DNA of 64,000 nucleotides from Antedon mediterranea (lineage: Eukaryota; Animalia; Echinodermata), in contig NC_092676.1 in NCBI RefSeq assembly GCF_964355755.1, forward strand, positions 6,797,888 to 6,861,887, given 5' to 3'. The translations under genes were made by a program, and so were the position numbers. Below, piece by piece: positions 13,671 to 27,883 of the stretch. The notes beneath the pieces were generated by a model. That model was not told where the DNA came from, did no database searches, and saw only the letters and a list, made by a program, of their open reading frames with translations. How positions within the stretch are numbered: position 1 is the stretch's first letter; each line of letters starts with the position of its first letter.

Positions 13671-16600
13671 TGATCAAGACAGTATTTCAGGATGTACATT
13701 CGCAGACCTTGCCAAATCACGTATTACTCTTACCAAATACGAAATTGGAACTAATTACCATGAGGTATGTACAGTATAAATTTGCACTGTGATGAGGCTT
13801 AATGAGCACTACCAATCCTAAATGCAGCAGTGGCCATGAGCATTCATTTGCTAAACCCATGGGCCTCAGAGGTTAAGGGAACCCAGATTGACAGCTCAAA
13901 TGCAACTACCCAGCGTTGAAGGGCTCCTTAGGAGTGCTAAGCCATAGGCCTTTCCTCCTGTATTATGCCACTGGAATGCAGGTCAACCCTCTGTCTTCCA
14001 AAAGATTCACTGGGTTCTTAAAAATGCACACAATCTAAATGTGTACACTGGAGCTCCAGTTTTAAATACTTATCCAAGAAAATGTGTTCTACCACCAGAA
14101 CTAAATTTGATGAGGAGAGCTGATTTTTTTAATATATTTTGCGGCGTCACTGCCAAACCGCTTGGCCATCGACTCAACTGTACAGTGTTATGCTCGCAGT
14201 ATATTTAGTTTTTTATCTTCTTCAGGAAAAAAAGACAGAATTCTACCTCAAAGTGATGGAATTTAGCTTACTCAGCACTGAACAATTCTCTCAAATGAAT
14301 GTCGATGATGAGAATTACATATTAGACAAAAGGTATAGAGAACTGTCATTCTTCAGTGGAAACAAACATTTTCTGTGAATCCCTATGAATGTGATGTGCC
14401 CAAATATGGTAGTGATATGGCCAAATATGGTAGTGATATGGCCAAATATGGTAGTGGTATGGCCAAATATGGTAGTGGTATGATATCATCATGTCAATAT
14501 AAATATGGGCACATCACATTTTTTTGTCACATAAAGTTTGTTAGTGTAGACAGAGCTTTTTGTCTTGTTGGGTCCAACATTAATTTCATCTTTAATAGCT
14601 CAATTTTCTTGCGTCATTTGTAATAAAAAATCTCATTTGTATTTAGACGTGTGAAGTTTGTAGGAAATAATTCTGAAGACAGTATTTACAACTTATCCAA
14701 CTTATGCAATTTTGCGAATGATTCTCGTATGGATATGAACTCCGAGTATGAAACGCAGGAATCTAACAATACCATGGAAAACGTTGGTACTATGAACGCA
14801 ACAGAAACAGGTGGGCTGATTATTTACAAAGACGATTTAGAGGTAAATCATTTTATTCTCTATGTTTGTGTCTCACCACCTCTTCCCAACTTTTTGGGAT
14901 AGGTTAGCTAGTGGAATCCATACCATGGTACTTAAATAGTTAAGCTCTGTCAGTACTATCAAACTAGTTTGACAAAAAAAGTGTGATGTGCCCAAATATG
15001 GTATGATATGATGTCATTGTTTCCATATATGGGCACATCATATTTTTTTCACATAAAGTTTGGTAGTGTAGATGGAGTTTAATGATGGCACAGTATGTGG
15101 GGCTCAAATAATCTAAACCATCTATTTAGATTTTCTTCTTTTTTTTTGGTTTGCAGTGTGTAAAAAGCACATTAATACTATACATTTTTTACATTATGTT
15201 AAACAATGTGTAAAGCTCTGTCTTATCAGACTTTATGTGACAAAAATGTGATGTGCCCAATATGGTCAGAGGTATGGCCAAATATGGTAGTGTTATGACA
15301 TCTTCATGTCCATATATGGGCACATCACATTTGTTTTGTCACATCAAGTTTGATAGTGTAGACAGAGCTTAAGTTTTTCATTTAAACTCTGAGTTCCCTT
15401 TAATCTGATTGTTAATGAACAGTCTAGTACAGTAGTTAAGGCCTAATGTTAAAATAACGTAAAAACTATGTATCAAATATACGATGCTTGCAAAGCAAAA
15501 CAAACAACTTTCTGACCTTTTCTTTATGTTTTTATCAAGCTTGAACTTTTGTCTTCCTCTGAGGAAGAATTGCTGGAAGAAGAAATTGAAGAATTGGGAA
15601 GTAGAAAACTAGAAAACCCAGAAATTGTACTACTAAAAAACGTAAATCTTACTATTTTTTGTGCAATCTTCTATTAGCATGCTTCATACAAAAGTAAAAA
15701 TATGTTACATACAGTAACCCTATTAAAGGACAACTTGACCGAGGACCATATTTTTACAACGTGTTAGGGATGTACATACTACGATGCACCTGTGACGTCA
15801 CAGCAATTTACCGCGATGGCTGTACAGAGAGCGCGTGCTTAATTTCGCATAGGGGTTGGCCGTAGTGTTAACACATATATTGCTCATCATTTGAGCGAGA
15901 GTGAGAGACTAAAGACTAGCCAATCAGAATGGTGTATTCATCATAATACGATCTTTTATTTATTTTATGTTTTTATCAAGCTTGAACTTCTATCATCTGA
16001 GGGAGAACTGGTTGAAGAAGAAATTAAAGACAATTTAGGAAGTGGAAAACTAGAAAATCCAGAAGTTGTATTACTAAGAAACGTACAGGTAAATTTTAAT
16101 TTTGTTTACAATTTTATAATGTTTTTATTGTTTTTATATACTGTAGTTAGGCCTAATAGTAGAATACTATCCAATAGCAAACATGTATTTGATGCATGAC
16201 GACCTTTGATCCAGAAACCCAAGTGAGGGAGAGTAAATCTAATTTTGGTTCTTTCTGGTCATAATATTGATATTTTGAGCATGGAGGTCTATTAGTCCAT
16301 GCTAATGAACAATAGTTTACCCAACTGACCCTTGACCCTTGAAAGCAAAACAATGTAATTACTAAAGAAGTTCATTAAAGCACATCTGATTGGCTCTGTC
16401 GTAGAACAATGATTACATAATTCAATGAAGCCAATAGCATTGTTTCAAAGGCAAGTTCAGACTTGCTAGACAGATTGGTGTATTTGACCTTACAATGACC
16501 TTTTTTTTATTATGTTGTTTTTGTCAAGCTTGAACTTCTGTCCTCTGAGGGAGAAGTTGTTGAAGAAGAAATTGAAGATGAATTTGGAAGTAAAAGAATA

Positions 16601-19600
16601 GATAATAATAATGTTGTACAGAGAAACTTAAATGGAGAAAATACCACAAACAATAGTAAAACAAGAAAAGAACTAAATTCATTTGAAGTAGTAGAACTAA
16701 ATGGACTGAAGGCTTTCTGTTTGGAAGAAGTGGTAGAAAATCGAAATGAAAACGGAACCAAAGAATGTAAAGGTAAAGAAAAAGAAAGAAATAGAGGACA
16801 GATTTGTTAGAAAGAAGTTGAATTATTAGAAACATCTATTGTTAAAATAAGTAAATTTAAGTTGATTCAAATACAGTATATATTACATTCATTTAAATAT
16901 TTTTATGAATTCGATCCAAGTCGGCCCTAAACCGTCTCGGCCAAAGTCAAGTCGGCCCCATGTCAAGTCGGCCCCAAGTCAACTCGGCCACACGTCAACT
17001 CGGCCTCAAGTCAACTCGGCCTCAAAACTAATCCGTCAACTCGGCCTCTAAAAACTATGGAACGCAAAAAGTGCTAATATAGTAATATTAGTTAATATTA
17101 TAATGGCAGGATCAACATCATAGTACGGTATATAAATAAATACTACCTATCAATTAAACGAAAAACGATCAGGCCCAGTGTGTTATAATTTACATTGAAA
17201 TGTCCGTTTTATTTCGTCTATTATGTAGGCCTAACCGTACTATATCCTGAAATTGTAATAAATGAACTACTATATTAGCACTTTTTGCCTTCCATACTTT
17301 TTAGAGGCCGAGTTGACGGATTAGTTTTTGGCCGAGTTGAGTTGAGGCCGAGTTGACTTGAGGCCGAGTTGACTTGAGGTCGACTTGACTTGGGGCCGAC
17401 TTGACGTGGGGCTGACTTGAATTTGGCCGAGACGGTTTAGGGCCGAGTTGACCTGCACCCATTTTTATCCTATCGCTTAATTTTTATTGCAGGTTTAGAA
17501 GAAGACTGTGATACAAGTAACCAATCATCGAGTATGGCCTCACAAGCGAGTAAAATATATTTTTCTACAAGAAAATATAGAAACAAACGCAGACTTCTTG
17601 AGATAACTGATAAAAAAGCATATAATATTCAACGTTGTTCGGCAGATAACAGACATAAAACATCAGACGATACACAACGTGAATTGGCAGAAGATATACA
17701 ACATGAGTTGGCAGATGATACACCAGAATTGGCAGACGATATGCAACATGAATTGGCAGATGATACAACACATGAATTGGCAGATGATGCACCACATGAA
17801 TTGGCAGACGATACACCACATGAATTGGCAGACGATACACCACATGAAGTGGCAATTGATACACCACATGAATTGGCAGACAATATACATCATGAATTGG
17901 CAGATTATATGCAGCATGAATTGGCAGATAATATACAGCATGAATTGGCAGATGATAGTTTAAAACTGGAAAATATTGTAATAATTTACAAGGAAGACTT
18001 GCAGGTAATAGTTTGTTAAGAATTTAGCTTTTGGGTAACAAGGATAGAGAGCAGACTGACATTCTCTGAAATAAAATATATGCAGCTCTCCGATCAATGA
18101 ATTGTTGCAAGTAATAATAAACTACAATCATTGTATACTGTATGTAGGTGTATTGCATCGTATGCCGAGTATATGATACAATACTGTAGTTTTAGGCCTA
18201 GTAGAATAAATATTTTATTTCTGAGACAGATTATTAAAAATCTACATTTTTATATTTTATTCAAAGCTTGAGTTGATTGAGGATGACGAAGAATATGCTG
18301 ATGAATCTTCTGAATTGATTCGCTCGAACTCCATCATCGAGTGCGACTCTGAGGCCGGCGACTCATTCGATATAAATGCCAGTGATTCCTCACTTAACCC
18401 AAGTCAAAAAGGTATAAAGTTCAATTTTCAGGGAATCTTTATGAGATGTTTTATATCATAAATTGAAGCTAGCTAATTTTAAATAATTTTCATAAAAAAA
18501 TGTGGTTGTAATGTAACCTACTACATTTTGATCTTCAGTAAAGCCTGTCTAATCCAGACAATAGGGATGTTTCGCAACCTTGCGGATACGAAAACGGATA
18601 TGTTACACATTTGTAAAACTTTTGAACTGATCCCCATTTCATATTCATAAAGCGTATTCGTGCTGACGAATATCACCATCATATTTGTAACTACAAAACG
18701 AGCATAGTTTTTTATCTATTTTGCACATTTAGCATTTGAATCAGGAATGATTCATGATTACAGTATAATTATAGATTTATTAAAAGTAATTTACTAAACT
18801 GCCAGGTCAATTTTGATAAATAGCAGTTTTGAAAGTCCTCACTCGCTTTGATGTTATGCTAGGCCTAGGAATCCAAGCAACACGTACCTGCTTCATTCAA
18901 ATTACTGCAGTCATATACTATACAAAAACAAATACATTTGTGTGACGTATCCGTTTTTGTATTTGTAGCGTTGCGAAACCTCCCTATTGATACACAAACT
19001 TGTGGTAGTTATTTTAGCTGTACTTTACTGAAAACACAAACTCAATTAAAACACCCACAAGACAGCACAGCTGTCTGTGTGTGCAAACTACTGCAACACT
19101 ATACAGCGTAGCAGCTACAGTCAAAACTACAGGCTTATGGCCAATTAGCCATTTAAATCACTTAACTAAAATAGCCTAACCAAAATAATTAAGATCAAAA
19201 TAGTCAAGAACATGTAGTTCTCCCATGTATCCATATATTATGGAGTAGAAAAACTCTCTACTATTACATAATAAGTCTGATTTCTCGCGGACATTTCTTA
19301 ACAACCAAAACAAACATTCACGCCCCCATGTCAATGTTCGAAATCCAAAACACCATCTTCAAAACAAACCAAATTTCAGCGTAAATTGTTCTGATTTCAG
19401 AATCTAACGTCTTTAGTTCAGCAGCTTTCACGTTTGACAGCCATTTACCAGATTGTGTGAGAACTTGTTCGACCGTTTCACGGCAAGATGTTTCAGGTAC
19501 CGACAAAAACCACGAAGAATGTTTAAAGAGCAACCAAGCGAAACATACTTTGTTGGAAGATTGGACGCAGGATAGCATGATATTGATACAAGATACGCCC

Positions 19601-20875
19601 ACAATGAACAAATCAAATTGTAACCAATCTACAAATCTTAAAATGGCTGCGGTAATCACAGAAAAATGTTCAGAGGATCAAAATCAGAAAACTGAAACCC
19701 AAAGCGGGTCTCGGAAAACAAATTGTGAACAAAGTTTGGATAGAATGAGTAATGTTACAAATTGCGTTCGATTACAAGATTCACAATCTACCGCAAAAAG
19801 AAAAACATTTGAACATTTAGAAAAAGCTTCATGCTCACAAGCAGCTAAGAAACGAAAGACTAATTTATCTATTTCAAGCACCAGTAAGGTGAATGATGGG
19901 AATGATATACCACATTCGTCCAATCAATTCGCTGCAACTTCAAGTAAAATGTCAGATGTATGTAGAAAATCAACTGAACAGTGTAATCCTAAAAAGCCCA
20001 AAACCAATCATGTTGCCAAAGAGCCCAAAACCAATCATGTTGCCAAAGAGCCTAAAACCAACCATGCTTCACAAAAGGTAGGAAAATAATATTTTATCAT
20101 ATTCATAACTACTGTATATAATGCTAATTGTATATACTGTATAAAGCCCATTCCACAAATAATGTCGTCTTAATGTACTGTGAACTTAAATGTTACGTAC
20201 TTCAAGTACATGCTTCTTTCCTAAAGCGTGGTTCCCACCAAGCGATGGCTTATTCGCTTGTGATTGCTAACTGTCTATAACTTTGCTTGTCATTGGTTAA
20301 AACGCTTGCGTTGCGTTTACGTCCTTGCTAGTTCTAGTGGGAACCAAGCTTTAGGGCTACCGCATCGGTTCTGCGCTATTTGGTCTGTCCCTGACAGTGG
20401 CTGTGTACGGAGGTATGCTCTGGTAACCCTCTACTTGTCTCGAAAGATGTACAACAGTAGGTTCTTTAAAGTGCACATCAGCATTATGTGTACACTGGAC
20501 ATATGGTTTATAATCCTTATCTGAGAAGACTCATTCTACCATTAGAACCATGAATCAATTGAGCCTCTTGTCATAATGCTATGGATTATGGTTCCACTGT
20601 CTTAACCTCTCGGCCCCCCCCCCACTCATAAAGTTGATTACCTTATACCTATAGTACACACATCAGTTTGGATGACAATGTGCGTTGGAGGCCATTGGGC
20701 ATTTTTTAGGTATAGTAATTATTATACTGTTTTATCAACAATTGTTTACTGTTATTCCTACTATTGTTTACTGTTAATCAAATCAACTTTTTGCCTTATT
20801 ACTTAGCACAAGCAGCACAACGAATCCTCGGAAGACTTGTTTCTCTGGTGTATTGAGTATCTCAAGATCAGATAA
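13671..20875 (+). CDS. Multi-exon uncharacterised acidic/low-complexity protein, 5' end not found. Exons 13671-13764, 14226-14332, 14647-14842, 15540-15641, 15981-16088, 16529-16772, 17493-18004, 18267-18411, 19401-20077, 20807-20875.
   Basis: Every exon has an AG acceptor and every internal exon a GT donor; consecutive phases agree (0,2,0,0,0,1,0,1,0) and give one open frame. Several exons overlap ORF-track entries 14139, 14651, 15891, 17534, 18273 and 19457. The last exon is the least certain. Confidence 0.75.
13780..14135 (-). mobile_element. Diverged SINE copy (intronic)
   Basis: Shares gggttctt.aaa.tgcaca...tgtgtacactgga...cttatc..agaa...ttctacca..agaac with the element at 20350-20615. 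Confidence 0.5.
14941..15372. mobile_element. Two copies of a ~150-bp palindromic MITE family (agctctgtctacactatcaaac...gatagtgtagacagagct)
   Basis: Same family at ~14390-14556, 21679-21838, 23215-23350, 24580-24745 and 30535-30680. Internal 20-bp repeat ccaaatatggtagtgatatg. Confidence 0.8.
16907..17460. mobile_element. Foldback MITE with subterminal repeats (aagtcaactcggcc)n, MULE-like
   Basis: Inverted arms ~16915-17080 and ~17275-17450. Flanking direct repeat atttttat. Intronic. Confidence 0.8.
17677..17957 (+). repeat. Coding 24-bp minisatellite encoding (HELADDTP)-like octapeptides, ~12 copies
   Basis: catgaattggcagatgatacacca units inside exon 17493-18004. Confidence 0.9.
18560..18989. 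mobile_element. MITE (TIR aataggga.gtttcgcaac)
   Basis: Inverted termini aatagggatgtttcgcaac / gttgcgaaacctccctatt. The interior matches the reverse complement of ~39880-40110, and a similar terminus occurs at ~38085. Confidence 0.7.
20223..20352. mobile_element. Small palindromic MITE
   Basis: aaagcgtggttcccac ... gtgggaaccaagcttt. Confidence 0.55.
20353..20615 (-). mobile_element. tRNA-headed SINE
   Basis: The minus-strand head ggccgagaggttaagacagtggaacc (A-box-like) matches the plus-strand copy at ~55750. Confidence 0.55.
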
Positions 20876-22229
20876 ATAACATTTAGAGCGATCTACCATC
20901 ACTACTATTAGAGATTTTGATTTGCAAGACCAAGGATCAACAACCTGCATAGGCCTAGCCCTCCTAGCTAGGAGCCTCGCATTCAAACGCCATGCAGAAT
21001 GTGTTGCTTTTAATACAGCGTTGAACAATTAAATAAGAAGTTCAAATATTATTTAGAGTTTTGAAATTTCCATGTTTTAAGTGTAAGTTGAACTGTATAT
21101 TTAAGGTTATTTCTAGTCGTTCTCCATAAACAGGAAAATGGCAACTTTATCGATAAGCTCCGCCCACATTGTTAAAGCTCTTGCATAAATTATTCATGAG
21201 CACCGTCCTGTGGCTTTCCGTCGTGTTTCGTAAAGTCCCTAATATCATCAGTCAACAGCGTATAGCTAAAAGATATTGACAAAATAAAGGCATTTATCAT
21301 TTCAGAAGACATTTATTCACAAATTCATCGATTCTCATTAAACAATAATAACATAGAGAGGAGTTATTTATCGTTCCTTTCTAAAATGCTACAAAGACAG
21401 TGGTTTATAGTAATATCAAATGTAGGACTGGGTACCAGTAAAATATTTAAAACATGAATATTGTATAGTATAGTTTTAACTACTGTATCATAAAATAAAC
21501 ATTTTTTTAACTTAGTGGTATTGAGACAGGCCCATAGACATTGCCAACATTTTTGTATAAATTCTTGATTTGTCAGGAAAATGTAGACCATTAAAAACAA
21601 CAACCAAAATAATACAACTACTGGTTATGAATTTCAATCAGAGGTTGTTCTATGTTAACTCATTTATGATGCATTTGTTAAAGCTCTGTCTACTCTATCA
21701 AACTAGTTTAACAAAAAAGGTGTGATGTGCCCAAATATGGTAGTGATATGCTCAAATATGGAAGTGATATGACATCATCATGTCCATATATGGGCACATT
21801 TTTTTGTCACATAAAGATTGATAGTGTAGACAAGGTTTTGAGCATGGATATATTAGTATCATCACAGACAAGGATTATTCAAATAAAGAATATGAATTAT
21901 TTAAATGAGGATCATACATAGACAACACATTTCTGTCTATGGACTAATTGTTACACCTAAAAGCAGTATAGAGGGAATTAACACATATACAATTCACAAT
22001 ACTTGTATGTACTACAACTGGACATAGTCGGTATACCACTACTGTACAAATATTATACCCAGAGGTAGAGTATTATACAACTAAAGAGTTAAATACTATA
22101 GATAGTGAAGTGATGCCAACAGGACAAGGAATCTTCAAAATGACCACCTTATCGGTTCAAAAATATTATGAAAACCACATAAATCAGTTTCTTTTTTAAA
22201 TACAGTACCGTTTTTATAAATTACTATCG

Positions 22230-22518
22230 TTAAAGATGTATTGTCCCCCAAAAACATGAAAAATATTTATAGAATCAGACTTTGAATAGGCCATGCAGTT
22301 TTAATAAAGTTATTCACTTCTGTAGAAAAAAAAGTTGTTTTACTTTAAAAAAGATAAACGGTTAATTTTAACTAAAACCAATTGTCTGACAGACAATTTT
22401 GGTATTTTTTGTTTAAACTACATGTACATTTTTTCAGGAAAATAATTTTTTGGTCAAAGTAAATAACTATTATGTAACATTAAAATGGCATATTCAACAA
22501 GTGGGGATATATCTTTAA
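22230..22518. mobile_element. Kolobok-like MITE, same family as 10414-10728, opposite orientation
   Basis: ttaaagatgtattgtccccc ... ggggatatatctttaa. Confidence 0.7.
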
Positions 22519-25437
22519 TGGGATTGAAAAGAATAAGTGTTTGGTAAATGTTTAACAATTTCATATACGACTATCATTTATAGGATACACTCAACATGCT
22601 GCAATGCAGGTGTAGTGCAGTAGTAACTGCATAGTTGGTGCGGCTTCAAACTGATTGGCCAGTGAGGTGCGGTCAATATTTGGAGTATGTTTTGAGTTAA
22701 ATCTCTAATTGTATAATACCTCTAACTATGATTATACTGTACCACAAACATGAGTACCATTCAATATTTATATTGCAATTCTCTATTATTTGTACCCTGA
22801 AAAAAGACCAAAACACATAAGTACATAAACAGCCTATGAACAAACATCGATTTATAAGTTGGCAGTGTACAGTTTGTTATCAAAACTAGAACATCGGAAA
22901 TTATGTCAATGGAAACTAATAAACTGCCAATTCTACTATAAAACGTTATTTTTATGGTTTTAAAGATTTAGCTATTTTCAGAGCACAAAAAACATGACAT
23001 AATTTTTACAGTACATGAAGATAATGAATACAGATTATATAATAAATCCATTGCATAAATTATGTTATATTTCATACAGTACAATTCATTCATACAAATA
23101 ATATGATACAGTAAAAACAGAATCAAGTCAGTTTCAATGTAATTGTCATAACAGAGGTGCCAAGTTGTTTTTGTTTGTGAAACACCAATCGTACTGTACC
23201 AATGATATAACAGTAAAGCCTCTGTCTACAATATCAAACTTTGTGACAAAAAATATGTGACCATATATGGACAAGATGTTGTCATATCACTACCATATTT
23301 GGGCACATCACACTTTTTTTTGTCAACTTGATACAATAGCAGAGCTTAAGACTTCCAGAGAGACTGATAATTTATCATTATTTCTGGAACAGATAGTTAG
23401 AATAATAGGAATATATAAAAGTTTTGTTTTTCCTCAGCGAAATTTCTGTCTGTGTGTATGTTATGTTTAACATATGTACACTTCAGGCATACAGTATGCT
23501 GCTGTTTTTTTATGTAAATAAATACAGTATACAGTATGTTAGTGGTCATTATTGCAGCTGTTTCTACCCAACTCAAAAGACCTTGGCATCTTTGTTATTA
23601 TATATTGAATATAATAAATTACAGAGAGACTTACAGAAAACATTTAAAAACACCACACCTTTTACAATTTTACAAAATATGACTTTTTATTTAATATTTG
23701 GCAACTTTTAAGGAAAGAAGCTGTAATATAATTAAAATGTACCAATATGGTACTGTTCATAAATGCTACTAATTGTTAATAAATACCCACTATACTTTAA
23801 TAGTACAACCATTCAATAGTGCGTACTATTGCACGCCATGTGACCCACAATTGTCCAATCAAAATGACAGGAATTTATTTAGGTGTTATATAATACATAT
23901 ATTTCTGGGCATGGAAATAAAAAGGATAACGGTACATTATAAGAGAAGCACATGGGAAGTGTAGGTATATTTTTTTCATAATATATACAATTTTTTTTTC
24001 TATCAGGCCTTCCTTCACAAGAGTTATTTTCACATTTTGCTTCAGATACAGTATCACTATATACAGCCTCAAAATATTTTTCATATTTGATTGGAACTTT
24101 ACCGTTGAGTAAAATTGTTCTGTTCATTATACTTATTTAACAGAGTATTCTGAGCGTTGAGATTGCACTCAACGAAAAAGGCTTGCATTGTTTAACATTT
24201 TTGTTTTTAATGATTTTCTGTTGAGCACAATCTGTTTACAACTTGCCATTCATGTACAAAAAGTACTCAACTACTATTTATGCTGACATCATTTTCAATT
24301 TTCACCACCCACCCAAATTCCCCAGCAAAGATCATCATATTTTATATAAATAATAAAGCATCTTTGCTTCGTCTGTTTTTAACCTCTCGCAACGGCCTTG
24401 GTTGACTACGAAAGTTCCCAATCGAATACAACAATTGAAGTTTTAAAGACTATTTGCTAATTTTGGGGTGATAGTTGTGTTCGCCTATAAATTCCATATT
24501 ACAAGCAAATACAAACAAAACAATAAATACTATTTAGTAGTATTAAGCATCTCATATATATTTGATGAACACAGACCAAATCTCCGTCTACACTATTAAA
24601 CTTTATGTGACAAAAAGATGTGATGTGCTCATATATGGACACGATGATGTTATATCAATACCATATTTGGGCATATCACTACCATATTTGGGAACTGTTC
24701 ACATTTTTTCATCAAACTGGTTTGATAGTGTGGACAGAGCTTTAAGTAGTTAACCTGGCTATTGGTGGGTGTGGTTTCCTGTTATATATCACAATGTTAT
24801 TGGCAAACCATTGCACACACTTCAATCTATTATGTAAATTGTTAACATAAATAATAAATATGTATTTATGAGTTTGTGCTTCAACAAAATGATTTATTTT
24901 TCATGATCATTTAAATTTAAAATGATTTAAAATGTGTTATTTTTTTCCTAATAAAAAAAAATTATAAAACAAATACGCATAAAATTATAATTTTAAATTA
25001 ACTTTATAATATCATTGTGTAACAAGTTTAGGACTGAAAAATAGTACTTGATAGTATTTTTAAAACAATATTTTAATAAATGTTTTATATTGTTTAGGAT
25101 AATTTTATGGTCATTTTTATCTATTAAGTAAAAAAAAAATTAAAAATAATATTTCTATCAAACATGCATTTACAAATTATATTTAAAACTAATATATAAC
25201 TAATTATGTATATCACACAACCAAACAAACCCATATAATTCATATAAAATAATAGAAATTTTAATCTAAAAATACATGCAAACAACCATTTAGATATAAT
25301 ATAAAAATTAAAAATACTGTAAATACAAAATATTGCCATAATGTTTTGAAAGGTTTCAATTATCTAAAATTGATTTTAAATTTTTTTAATTTTAAGGTTC
25401 TAATAATTATCAAAATAATTTGAACATTTTTTTTAAA

Positions 25438-25650
25438 TTTCTTATAGCTAGATAATTCACCCTACAAGATAAGTAGACTATCCCATTCATTCTTATAGCT
25501 AGATAATTCACCCTACAAGATAAGTAGACTATCCCATTCATTCTTATAGCTAGGTAATTCACCCTACAAGATAAGTAGATTATCCCATTCATTCTTATAG
25601 CTAGGTAATTCACCAACTACAAGATGAGTAGACTATCCCATTCATTCTTT
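25438..25650. repeat. 51-bp tandem repeat, ~4 copies
   Basis: attcttatagctagataattcaccctacaagataagtagactatcccattc repeated. Confidence 0.9.
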
Positions 25651-26517
25651 AAAATTAAGATTCATTATGGAACATATTGGAAAATCATGTCATATTAGTT
25701 AAAATTTAATCAAATTTGATTTATAAAAACATACATGATTTTAATTTCAATAAATATATTTTTGTTTAGGTGGGAGAAATGACACTAATTATCTAAGGAT
25801 ATTAGGTATCATTTATTAGTATTTATAAAATAAAATGTCAAAAACAATGTATCATATTCGAAAAAATGAGCGATTGACACTTAAAGTGAACAGGGTGCTC
25901 TTAGCTAGGCCATGTCAACTACTACTGTCTAGGAAGATTTTTTTTAATACAAAAAAAGCTTTGGTAGGCTTTGATAAAATTTAATCATAGGCCAGATAAG
26001 TATGTTCCTTTTTTTAACAAGGCCGGTGCTTATCTGAGCAAATACAGTATGATAGTACACATGGGACAAATTCTCTACTGAAAATTGGCATGGTTTATTA
26101 TAATTTGGTTTGTCTGTGGGAAAATGTAATACATTACGATTCGGTGCACAATTTCTTTAGTAATAATAATATAAAGCAACCTTAAAAACATAATTATTAT
26201 TAATAAATTTACATGATTTTTTTAAACAAATTCGGGAGTTGTCATCATCAGAATAGGTTTTTAAAACATTGAATATTTACAACCTGACCAAATATGGTCA
26301 TCTGTTTTAGTTTAAATATAATTTATGTTCACTCATGTGAAGCAATTCAATTTAATTTAGTACTTTATGGGAAATGTCACGAACACAGATTTACCTGTTA
26401 ACATTAAATAATGTTCTGAAAAATCCTTCACAGTGTATACAGTAATACATTGACAACTTACATGCAAACCAATTAAAATTAATACTTCAAATGTTCTTTA
26501 GTATATTTATATACTCA

Positions 26518-27621
26518 TCAACAACATATCCGTTGTCTTTGTGGTGGCTCTTCTAGTCGCAAAGTTTCTCTCGGAGTTGAGAAACCACCTTTAATGCCAT
26601 CCCATCCTTCGTGCATCTCCACTTCTCCTTCTTGAAGTTTCACGTAAATTTCTTTAGCCATCACCGAAAACGCAGCCTCTACGTTAATAATACATGCTTT
26701 CATGGATGTTTCTATATACTTCATTCCGTAAGCTTTCGCAAACTTCTCACCTTCTTCCACAGCTACTTGCCGTAATTCTAATCACTTTTGTGACCGATTA
26801 TCATGTACACTACGCTTCTTGGGTAAATTACATTGTCTTGAGCCTCTTGGAACCATTCCTGTAGATGCTCGAAACTTTTACGATTTGAAATGTCAAAAAC
26901 GAGCAATACTCCTACAGAATTGTGATAGTAGGACGTTGTTATAGATCTGAAGTTCAAACAAATTTAACATAGTAATATTTTTAATAATGTTCATCACTGA
27001 CTTCTTTTTATAATATTGTATTACTAATCGTGTTTTTAAATATTGTTTGGTAAAAACACATACTATTATTTACTATTATAATAAAATATTGATCAAATAA
27101 TTTATATTAAATACACATACGACCAACTACAGTACTATTAATAATAATATTAATAACATTCTGCCCTGAAAATATTAATTGAATCAAAATTAATTTTGGA
27201 AAGTGTAGTGTAGGTCCTACTTTCTTACTGACTCACTCATATAGTCATACAGTCTATTACAGTCTGTAGATATTGAATCATAATTTTTAGGCCTAAATAA
27301 AAGAAAATTAAAGTGACACTGACAGTATTAACTATTAAAAAATAGAAATATTCTGAAGTTATTTTACCTAAAACGTTCTTGACCTGCTGTATCCCATAGC
27401 TGCAGTTTAACTCGTCTACCTGGTGCAACTTCTATAAGTCTTACATAAAAATCTACACCTACAGTACGGTCTGAAGTTTCTACAAATTTACCATCACGAA
27501 ATCGTCGCAACAAACACGATTTTCCTACCGTTGAATCCCCAACCAAAATCATTCGAAATTGGTACTCCCATATAACTTCTGGTGGCAACCCTGCCAATTG
27601 ATCCCCACTCATATCGTTCAT
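26518..27621 (-). pseudogene. RAB39: Rab39-like small GTPase, two exons (27368-27621, 26518-26946), frameshift/stop at ~26780
   Basis: Exon 1: IWEYQFRMILVGDSTVGKSCLL...TVGVDF...KLQLWDTAGQERFR, then a phase-2 GT-AG intron. Exon 2: SITTSYYHNSVGVLLVFDISNRKSFEH...GHKSD then TAG (26778-26780). Homology resumes in another frame (LRQVAVEEGEKFA...GWDGIKGG...ICC). Confidence 0.8.
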
Positions 27622-27883
27622 TTTATATTATACCTTTAAACGTATAAGTACAAACCGTAATTAGCACACTAATTATTAGTTAATCAGTTATTTGTTTTGG
27701 ACATTCAATAAAAAGGTGTTTTCCTTCATTTTCTTTCGTTATAACAGGTATATAAACTATACCAAACTGGCGAGTAAATCATGTTTTACTTTTTAAACCT
27801 CGCAACGTCTGGTTTAAAATGCTACTCGGGCCGATAATTATTGCTATTTTATAGCCTAATTGGGTTATTGCGATTTGGACGTT

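Noticed and set aside
17565-17963. Four extra overlapping ORFs rich in C, H, M and W
   Set aside because: Alternate-frame translations of the 24-bp minisatellite; only the HELADD frame fits the splice phases.
20783-21028. Minus-strand 81-aa ORF
   Set aside because: No recognisable motif; it overlaps the likely last exon and 3' UTR of the plus-strand gene.
25438-25650. Regular repeats as a possible CRISPR array
   Set aside because: Head-to-tail units without unique spacers, eukaryotic context, and no cas genes.
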